Below the pieces are notes generated by a model. That model saw nothing but the letters and a program-made list of their open reading frames with translations, had not been told where the DNA came from and ran no database searches. A stretch of DNA of 63,518 nucleotides, the filler included, from Octopus bimaculoides (taxonomy: Eukaryota), in the NCBI RefSeq assembly GCF_001194135.2. It is 6 parts of 4 records of this genome, joined end to end, with 100 filler letters (N's around TTAATTAATTAA, not from the genome) between each part and the next. Parts side by side here need not be neighbours in the genome. Positions count along the whole stretch, not along the records: positions 45,614 to 58,169 come from NC_068981.1; positions 58,270 to 61,402 come from NC_068983.1; positions 61,503 to 63,518 come from NC_068993.1; 3 more parts are not named here. One strand, given 5' to 3'. Each line of letters starts with the position of its first letter. The first letter of the stretch is position 1. Both the position numbers and the translations under genes were made by a program. Shown here one piece after another: positions 54,294 through 63,518 of this stretch.

Positions 54294-54487
54294 ATATCTG
54301 TCCCAAACACTCAATTTAAGAATTTGATTCTTTTCATCGAGGTCCATAATTTGTATAAGTTGTATGCTAAACTTAACAGACACTGGCATGGAACTGTTAC
54401 GAACTGGACGACCGTCAATTCCACGTTTTTCGTACAGAAGCAACAGATCCCTTATGATTTTCTTTTCGTCAGGGATTTCAATGGGAG
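54294..54487 (-). CDS. Nicotinic acetylcholine receptor-like (Cys-loop LGIC) subunit, internal coding exon (N-terminal helix to loop D), 194 nt, phase 1 to 0
   Basis: Translates as xPIEIPDEKKIIRDLLLLYEKRGIDGRPVRNSSMPVSVKFSIQLIQIMDLDEKNQILKLSVWDRY, which has the nAChR hallmarks RPV-N-x-S, L-x-Q-I-x-D-x-DEKNQ-x-L and loop-D Trp. The acceptor is tctctattttcag (AG at 54489-54488) and the donor is GTAAGT (54293-54288). Lies within ORF 54222..54548. Confidence 0.95.
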
Positions 54488-56134
54488 CTGAAAATAGAGA
54501 CAAAACATATATATTGGAAAAAAAGGAAAGGAAAACAACGTAAAACAAACAGTTATCACAGAATAAAATAAAATCAATGGTTTTGGTAACTTTAATAGAA
54601 GAGAAAATTTTCTGTTATTAGCAATGCCATTCTATTCAATCGACGTGGAGGTCCGAAATTTCCAATATCTGTAAAATTCAAATCTATGTCTTGAAGAAAA
54701 AAATACATAAGGGAAATTTATCTGTTAAAAAAAGGAGATGTTTGTAGCCGGAGTGCGACTAACCTGGGGCTAAACAAAACGAATTATCAATAGTGTAGAT
54801 AGGAACTGTATGATGTAGACGACTTTATCAATAAAAACAAATGGAGTATTCTAATATTTAAATAGCTCTAGTCTAAAATTGAAAATTAATTACAATTTCG
54901 ACTTAAAAGGAATTCATCTTTTGACATAATTGCTGGTCAAGCATTCAGAAAAGCGCCATTTGATATTTATGTGTGTGTGTATGCGTATGTGTATTATATA
55001 CGTATATCACATACACATAATGCACACAGTCACACACATACATACACACATTCTGAAAATTGAATTAGTGTAAACAGAGCAATTATAATATGTAAGATCT
55101 TTCAGAAAGCCTCTGTTTTAATCTAACTTTCAATGATCTATCCTGACTTGTTAGTTAAAAGCCGTCTCTCATAAGAATTCGAAGAATTTAGAGAATATAT
55201 AAAGATGCATAAGCGAATCACTAAATAACACAGTATGAATATATTGATATTTTGCGACAAATTCTGTATGCACACGAGAAAATGGTCAAAAAGGAGTAAC
55301 AGCTAAAAGACTATACGTGTAACTGTATTGGTATAACATTTCTAATTCGATAGTCTTTACTAGAAAAAAACAATGGGCGAAAATTCATATATGATGTTGA
55401 TAATAATTTGTTCGAATTTCAACCAATCATATTCTCAGCTTTTGAGGGCTAAAACTACTTCACATTATTTTTGCTTTCGAATAAAATAAACATATGCATT
55501 CGTCTTCTGCGGTATTTGATTTGAATGAATGCATGTCATGATTCGTAATATTTCAACTAATGTTTCGCAGCGTAGTTCGCCTCCTATTGTCATCACAAAC
55601 AATCCATATCACATATACACCGTTATATATTTATGGAGTTATTTTTGTGTTATTTTTGTTACTTTTAGTTTTCGTTCTGGTTCATTGTTAAAAGAGCACA
55701 TATCTGAATGTCATCATTTCAAATTAATCGGAGATTAAGACTAATTTGAGATTAAGACATAATTTGAGATTAAGACTCATTTCTCAAATGTGTCTTTTCT
55801 TACTTCACATAGGGTGAAAAGTGATTTAAAAGAAATTTGGGTGATACTTCTAGGCGGCCAGTGAGCGAGCAGAATGCTGTGCTTCTTACGTTTATGCATA
55901 AAAATATTGTATTATGACCAAAATACTGCGTAGTTTAAGACGAAGCTTATCTGACGATCCTGGATAATTTGTACGAAATGACTTTTATGTGGAAGAAGTT
56001 ATCGCACACATATTATACAAGCCCAAATATTAATTATGTATAAATATGTATATATAAACACACACACATACATTCATAAATCCATAGATACATATATACA
56101 TTCATACACACATATATACATTCACAGATTCATG

Positions 56135-56167
<33 letters not shown>

Positions 56168-57446
56168 GATATCAAGGCAGGGCTAACCAAGATCAAAAAC
56201 GTTTTCCAAGACATTCCTAGGGACACAGCGAGGTAAGTATGCACCAGGGCGGCTTCTTTGAGTAAACCGTTATCTCCCAGCCTTAATCTAGTTGATAACT
56301 TTCGTGTTTTAAAATACTTCAATTTTTGTCTGGGATATTATGTTTTCTTTTCCTTTTATGNNNNNNNNNNNNNNNNNNNNNNNNNNNNNNNNNNNNNNNN
56401 NNNNNNNNNNNNNNNNNNNNNNNNNNNNNNNNNNNNNNNNNNNNNNNNNNNNNNNNNNNNNNNNNNNNNNNNNNNNNNNNNNNNNNNNNNNNNNNNNNNN
56501 NNNNNNNNNNNNNNNNNNNNNNNNNNNNNNNNNNNNNNNNNNNNNNNNNNNNNNNNNNNNNNNNNNNNNNNNNNNNNNNNNNNNNNNNNNNNNNNNNNNN
56601 NNNNNNNNNNNNNNNNNNNNNNNNNNNNNNNNNNNNNNNNNNNNNNNNNNNNNNNNNNNNNNNNNNNNNNNNNNNNNNNNNNNNNNNNNNNNNNNNNNNN
56701 NNNNNNNNNNNNNNNNNNNNNNNNNNNNNNNNNNNNNNNNNNNNNNNNNNNNNNNNNNNNNNNNNNNNNNNNNNNNNNNNNNNNNNNNNNNNNNNNNNNN
56801 NNNNNNNNNNNNNNNNNNNNNNNNNNNNNNNNNNNNNNNNNNNNNNNNNNNNNNNNNNNNNNNNNNNNNNNNNNNNNNNNNNNNNNNNNNNNNNNNNNNN
56901 NNNNNNNNNNNNNNNNNNNNNNNNNNNNNNNNNNNNNNNNNNNNNNNNNNNNNNNNNNNNNACATATTAACACATCCCTTGGATTTTTACCACTTCCGAA
57001 ATTCTGCTCGCTGTAAAACATATATAGCCCGCACCTCATCTACTTCATTCTTTAACTTTCATATATATATATATATATATATACATATAGAAAGAGAGAG
57101 AGAGAGAAAGCGATAGAGAAACAAAGAGAGAGTGAGAGACAAATAACTGTACATATGGAACAGGAAAGTACGAGGAAATAATATATATATATATATGTAT
57201 ATAATATATATTTTAATTTCTGTGTGGGTGACAAGGTGTTTGGATGCACATGTGTGCGGTATGTGAATGTGCTGGAGAAAATGAATTCAAACATTCATAA
57301 AGATATATGCCTCGATTGTACACGACATCTAGTTTCCAGAATCTATCACACTTCTATCAGCATTAGCAAACAGGAAAGTGCAGCAAAAAAGAAAACAACA
57401 ATCAAAACAAAAATGAAATGAAAAAGACAAAGAAAATCATTTATTT

Positions 57447-57502
<56 letters not shown>

Positions 57503-57997
57503 TTTCTTGTATTTTTAATTTTCCGCAATATTCCCATTAAATTGTATACATTCAAAGATTATATTTGATTTACAACACTGACAATTTGTAGATGATTATC
57601 TTTCCCTATTATCTATTATAAAATTCTAGTAAATGGTTAATAAACTATTAGGAGAATTAATGTGTTTTAGCAAAATACGTACAGTGTTTTCGCGCTGGAT
57701 AATACATATACAGTACAATGATATAGTAATACACTAATGGATTCCAAACTTAAGTTTATTTGATATAATGAAAGAAAATAACCCTGGCCTGCTCATACCA
57801 CTTACTAATCGAAAATAGCCGCCATACTTACAGACAATACATCGTCCACAATCGTAACACGTTAATATAGGTAATAATCAGTGTTTTCTTTTTTTTTGCT
57901 TTATTAAAAATTTTGTTTATCGTTAAATCATATATGCTAGCTCTAAGCCATTGAGAAATATTCCGTTCTAACATGGATTCTACAAATGTGTGTATGT

Positions 57998-58057
<60 letters not shown>

Positions 58058-58169
58058 ATGTACACACAAACACGCATGTACACACACACACGCATGTACA
58101 CACACACACGCATGTACACACACACGTATATATATATGTACGTATGCATACACACACACTCACCAATAC

Positions 58170-58269
58170 NNNNNNNNNNNNNNNNNNNNNNNNNNNNNNN
58201 NNNNNNNNNNNNNTTAATTAATTAANNNNNNNNNNNNNNNNNNNNNNNNNNNNNNNNNNNNNNNNNNNN
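58170..58269. other. Artificial assembly spacer
   Basis: 44 N + TTAATTAATTAA (58214-58225) + 44 N. Confidence 0.95.
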
Positions 58270-58323
<54 letters not shown>

Positions 58324-58654
58324 ACCGAGTGATTACAGCATAAAGATTTCTGAAAAGTTCCCAGGGATCTTAAAAGAGACTACTGAAACAGGTAAGAGCT
58401 TTATTTTACGTGTTTACTAACCAAAATGAGAAACTATATTGAATAATGTTTTCAGATTGCCTGAATATCTTCCACCTTAATTATATATTAGTATCGACAC
58501 ACACTTGAATTAAACTCTTCATACTAATTTAAATTGATTTAATAGGAATAGATATAATATGACATCTTTTACCAATTATATCTACTTGAGCTTTATTATG
58601 CTTAACACTACAGATGAATATATTGTTTTACAACTCCATTATACATAAGCTTAC

Positions 58655-58696
58655 CTTCCTTCGAAGGTCTCTCCGTTTTTATTTTTATACTATGTT
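58655..58696 (-). CDS. Candidate 42-nt symmetric (phase 1-1) micro-exon, xHSIKIKTERPSKEx
   Basis: Acceptor atacatacag, open frame, strong donor GAAG|GTAAGC. No homology support. Confidence 0.25.
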
Positions 58697-58933
58697 CTGT
58701 ATGTATAAATTTTATCAGTTAACGGTTTGCAGCTGTTTACTCAATATAAGGAAATTGAACACCTATTTTGTATAGCTTTATCTACCTCTGAAGAGATTCG
58801 ACTTACGAATAAGTCTTAATTTAATTAATTGATTTTCTGAGGCCCTGAACTGAAACAGCTGTAAGGGATGTTTGTCATTTTTTTAATTGATAAATAATAA
58901 TTTATTAATTACCTCTCTATTGTCTCATCTTAT

Positions 58934-59012
<79 letters not shown>

Positions 59013-59315
59013 ATATATATATATATGGACTAGAAAAACTTTGTGCTAGAATATAACATCCAGGACAGTACAAATAAAACTTCGTTTGTAGACTTAAATA
59101 TTCAGATAGAAAACAGAAGATAAATCCCATTTGTTTGCTCTAAATCATAAATAAGTACATATGCTTACATAGAGACAGCGACTGTCCACGCAAATATAAA
59201 ATGTCTCGTAAAATCTTAACATAGTGAGTTTTTACATTCTCCCCACATAAACGAAAAACTAGATAAAGAACTCCGCAGAATAAAACAAACACAAGTCAAC
59301 AATGGTTATCCTTAC

Positions 59316-59397
59316 ACCGGAATAGACCAAGACTTTGAACAATGCAAGCACAAATGTCCAGACACCAAAAGCCATTAAAAATCAACAAAACATACAT
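59316..59397 (-). CDS. Candidate first coding (signal-peptide) exon of the nAChR-like gene
   Basis: Two overlapping hydrophobic frames each end in phase 1. ATG 59375 gives MAFGVWTFVLALFKVLVYS+G with donor GT at 59317-59316; ATG 59397 gives MYVLLIFNGFWCLDICACIVQSLGLFR+T with donor GTAAGG at 59315. Either joins the phase-1 194-nt exon in frame. It is separated from that exon by an artificial assembly spacer. Confidence 0.5.
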
Positions 59398-60243
59398 AAA
59401 AAGCGTTACCTGAATCACATTCTTGATAACAAGTGACTTGGTGAACACTTTATTACAAACCTCGTAAAAACAGCACAAAATGAATTATAACAAACGATAA
59501 GTCAACAGATAGAATAAACTGAGAATATACGGAAATGAAAACTTGCTCGTCGATAACTGACCACCAGCATGTGAACCTGCGAACAAGCTACTAATGACTG
59601 ATGTGATTTATAAACTCAGGTGTGGACATTGTTAAACCTCATGGTTGTAGTTGTTACATCGGTTATGTTGTCATCCTTTTGTTACTGTCGGTTCAAAATA
59701 CGCTTATAAGTAAGCCAGTAGACAGCACAAAACTAAACGATACTTGATTATAAAATGTTAATGGACAATATACCCATATTCTGTGGAATTCTCTTCAAAA
59801 ATAAATGATTGATGGCGAAAGAAGGCATCAGAGTAAAGCACAGCACTAATACAAATGCATGTTCAGCATACACCGACTACAACCAAGACTACACAACACA
59901 TCTGAGAGAGATGGTAGATACACACGTGTGTGTAAAGTGTATTTTTTCTGTGTGTGTCTAAGTGTGTGTGTGTGTGTGTGTGTAGTGTGTGTGTGTGTAT
60001 ATGTCTACGTGTGTGTGTGTCAGTTTGCATGTGTATGTGTGTGTGTGAGAGAGAGAGAGAGATAAAATGATGAAGAGGTGATCGATTATATTACACGGTC
60101 AATAGCCTTGTGGAATAACGAAAGTTGATTCACTGAAACACGTTTAGGTTATATATCTTTCCAATTAGGACACCCCACACACAAATACGTATACACAGAC
60201 ACACATATATGAGTGTGCTTGTATATATATATATATATATATA

Positions 60244-61370
60244 CACAGGGTGCGGTAAATGAATAGTCGTTTAAATTACTAAAAAATGAAAATAATACTG
60301 ACATCTCATTTTAACAGATATATTTGCCAAAATTACATAAATATATCTTGAAATATAAAAGAGTAAATTTAGTCAATAAATTTGCCATTGGCTTCAACCA
60401 CCGCCTCCAGATGAGTTTGGAATCTCCTGCAACTCTTCTGGAAAGTCTCCTTGTTTAAGTTGGTGAATGCTGCCATAATCTTTGCCTTCGGTTCATCTTT
60501 GGTGTTACAAGGAATTTTGTTGGTCTCTTGCTCAACTGTGCCCCAAACATTATAATCAAGGGGGTTGCAGTCTGGGGAGGTAGATGGCCAAACAATAGGG
60601 GTGGTGTGGCCGCAGAAATTGTCTGACAGCCATTACAGGGTTCTCTTGTTTGTGTGGCATGGTGCAGAGTCCTGTTGTTAAACATGGGGTCTTCCAGCAG
60701 CCACCCTCTTGACCCAGGGCAGCACAACCTCCTCTATTTTGAAAAGTTAGGGTTCATATAACTAGGAAGAACATGCCTAACCAAGAGATTATGGATGAAA
60801 CCCATCAAAGACTACCAAAATATGGAAAGCATTCGGGGATTTTAGCATGTAGTAAGACCTGATACATAATGACACATATTAGACACATGTCTAGACTCAT
60901 GTATGGATGTGCACAAACAGATGGATGCATGCATACGTATATGTTCATACACATATATATTATACCTTCATACATGATTACATACATGCATACTTGATGT
61001 AGGCCTCTAGGTTGAATCTGAGGCCATATGGGAAGACGAATGGAGGAATAACTTTGCCGTCACTAGTGATCACTCCAAACACCAAGATGTTGACTGGATG
61101 TTCGACTTTTATCACTCTCAGTACATGTCCTCAGACTCACACCCAAACACTCTGAAATGATTGTATTGGAGTGTTCGACGCAAATGCCAAGCAGTACAGC
61201 ATGTCATTTCCAAATTTCTGCTTGGGTGAATTGCGTTATGGTGCTGTTTCTTTCCTACAGACAGTGCCCAACTGATCCTACTATAATGTGTAGTCAACAA
61301 AATCAAATAACAAACAATGCGCATATGCGAAATTAAAAATATAAAATGGTGACAATTTACCCATCGCACC

Positions 61371-61377
<7 letters not shown>
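60244..61377 (-). mobile_element. maT (DD37D) element with both TIRs, internally deleted and carrying ~300 bp of unrelated sequence
   Basis: TIRs (T/C)ACAGGGTGCG at both ends in TA tracts. 5' part MTQFTQAEIWK. 3' part QQDSAPCH...WPSTSPDCNPLDY with 37 codons between the two Asp residues (counted by hand; one is a stop). Confidence 0.88.
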
Positions 61378-61402
<25 letters not shown>

Positions 61403-61502
61403 NNNNNNNNNNNNNNNNNNNNNNNNNNNNNNNNNNNNNNNNNNNNTTAATTAATTAANNNNNNNNNNNNNNNNNNNNNNNNNNNNNNNNNNNNNNNNNN
61501 NN
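61403..61502. other. Artificial assembly spacer
   Basis: 44 N + TTAATTAATTAA (61447-61458) + 44 N. Confidence 0.95.
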
Positions 61503-61529
61503 ATATATATATATACACACACACACATT

Positions 61530-61630
61530 GTGGAGGCGCAATGACCCAGTGGTTAGGGCAGCGGAGACTCGCGGTCGGAGGATCGCAGTTTCGATTCCCA
61601 GACCGGGCGTTGTGTGTTTATTGAGCGAAA
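61530..61630 (+). mobile_element. SINE head (same family as 12465), 3'-truncated
   Basis: Near-identical to 12465-12555, ending after GAGCGAAAACA. Confidence 0.8.
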
Positions 61631-61825
61631 ACAGCCTAGCATGGGATGTGGAGTGGGTACGGATCGCATATGGTAGCCACTTTAAATGCATGCATTTGAT
61701 ATAGACGAAGGTATATTTAATGTAAGAATGGGGTGGCCAAATTCGCTACCGCACATGGCGACCAAACTCAACAGACATCTCTGCTCTGTTCTTTGAATTT
61801 TTACTTTATGAAGGTGCATGACTTA

Positions 61826-62135
61826 GATGTTAGGGTACTCGGCTCACGATCGTAAGATCGTGAGTTCGATACCTACCCGGTGGCACGTTCTGTCCTTGAG
61901 CAAAACACTTTATTCCACGTTGTTCCAGTCCCCTCAGTTGGCGAAAATGAGCTGTACCAGTAATTCGAAGAAGGGCCAGCTTTGTCACATTCTGAGTCAC
62001 GCTGAATCTCCCAGAGATATGTTATGGGTACACGTGTCTGTGGGGTGCTCAGCCACTTGCATATAAATTTCACGAGCAGGCTGTTCCGTTGGTCGGATTA
62101 GCTGAAACTCTCGTCGCCGTAAACGACGGAGAACC
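61826..62135 (+). mobile_element. tRNA-derived SINE with a different head but the 12465-family 3' body
   Basis: B-box GAGTTCGATACC and central TGTCCTTGAGCAAAACACTT; the 3' ~165 bp is homologous to 12665-12830. Confidence 0.75.
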
Positions 62136-62244
62136 AGTTGTATTTTTTTATTTTATTTTATTGTCTTGGTAAGTAGCTATCGTTTGCGAAAATATTGTTG
62201 CTCAGCTTTGTACATTTTATAAGCCTCACCACTTCAGCATGTGT

Positions 62245-62357
<113 letters not shown>

Positions 62358-63518
62358 TGCGTGTGAGTGCTTTTATGCTTATCCTCCTCCACTGCCCGAA
62401 TAACGGTGTTGTTTTGTTTACGTCCCCGTAACCTAGCAGTTCAGCAAAAGAAAACCAATAAAATAAGTACCAGGCTTTAAGAAAAATATCAAGTATCCGG
62501 GGTCGATTTGCACGACTAAATCCTTCATGGCGGTGCTCCAGCATGGCTGCAGGCCAGTGCCTGAAACAAGTAAAAGGTAAAAGATATTAGATTTTACTTA
62601 GTTCGAGATAAAATCATTTTTAGATGGAAACAAGTTGTTTGCTTCCTTCACTAGAGTTCTGTTGCTTCTTCATAAGAACGAAATATATGCAGTTTAGCAT
62701 GGATCTCTTGTATAAATATATTACTCGTTGATTTCGAGAGATTCACTTTGTGTTATGACGTATTCTAATTGAATTTGTCATTCTTCTTTCTCTCTTTTAT
62801 TTCCTTTACTATTCTTGTTAAAGATTGAGAGAACTTTTATTTAATTTTCTATCTTTCTTATTATGTTTGTTAGCTACAGTTTGCATATTCCTGAATGAAA
62901 CGTTTCGAAGAGGGACACCACTTTCTATTTGCAACTACTGTGACGGTTGCATAGATTATTTGATTTAACCTTGTGATATTGACTTTCGTGTCTGTTTATA
63001 GTATATTTGTGATAACCTGCACGCCTTCCTTCTTATTGATGTTGCTATGTTATCGTTCAGTTTTATCTTTGCGAGGGTCTTTCATTCGTCTTCGTTAGTC
63101 CATGCGAAGATCTTCTATCGATTTTAATTCTTTGACATATTTCCACCAATAGATTACTATCGGATTCAGAACCTCACGATTTATATTCTTAACGTTCACA
63201 ATTTCAATATCTTCTTTTAATTTTCGTTGTTTGTATTTTTATTGTTTGTTTCTTTCTTCATTGTTTGAATTATTTATCATCTATTCTTTCTTTTCTCTGT
63301 ATATATATATATGCCTGGTATTGTTTTTGTTTCAAAAATATATCTTCTTAAATTAGTAGCTTCTCTGTTTGGATCCAAAGTTATTTCCAGATCCATTATA
63401 CTTTGTTCAGACACACAAATCAGCTATATTCGTCTCACTTATTTATTCTTTTTAAATTCTATTTTATTATATATTTTTATCGGTACATATTATAATATAT
63501 ATGCATATATATGTATAT

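Noticed and set aside
54488-54548. N-terminal MFYVVFLSFFSNIYVLSLFS of ORF 54222..54548 as a signal peptide
   Set aside because: It starts at a non-ATG codon and is the polypyrimidine tract of a canonical acceptor at a conserved phase-1 intron position, so it is intronic.
56167-58397. Plus-strand AG|GTAAG donors with short open frames (56232, 58391), suggesting an antisense gene
   Set aside because: Such donors occur repeatedly by chance in this window, the acceptors are weak, there is no homology, and the two lie in different assembly pieces.

Overview
AT-rich, microsatellite- and transposon-dense animal genomic DNA, most likely an octopus draft assembly. The organism is inferred from the SINE and repeat landscape, not from any search. 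It is eukaryotic, so no operons or CRISPR arrays apply. Five identical 100-nt spacers (44 N + TTAATTAATTAA + 44 N) are artificial joins that split the window into six pieces, so adjacency across them is unproven. The only host gene I can support is the 5' part of a minus-strand nicotinic acetylcholine receptor (Cys-loop) subunit. It has a 194-nt exon (54487-54294) and a 110-nt exon (53246-53137, absent from the ORF track) that splice in frame, plus a candidate signal-peptide exon near 59.3 kb and candidate micro-exons near 58.7-58.9 kb. I found no Cys-loop or transmembrane exons in the called sequence. The rest is mobile DNA: two copies of an R4/Dong-like non-LTR element at an (AAT)n site, a Tx1/L1-like fragment, maT (DD37D), mariner and Tigger remnants, rearranged fold-back mariners, hairpin MITEs and many tRNA-derived SINEs. 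The 2.9-26.1 kb piece looks CpG-depleted relative to the others. I do not see a clearly new biological system; the best leads are the divergent nAChR subunit with its ambiguous N-terminal splicing, and the TE rearrangements.
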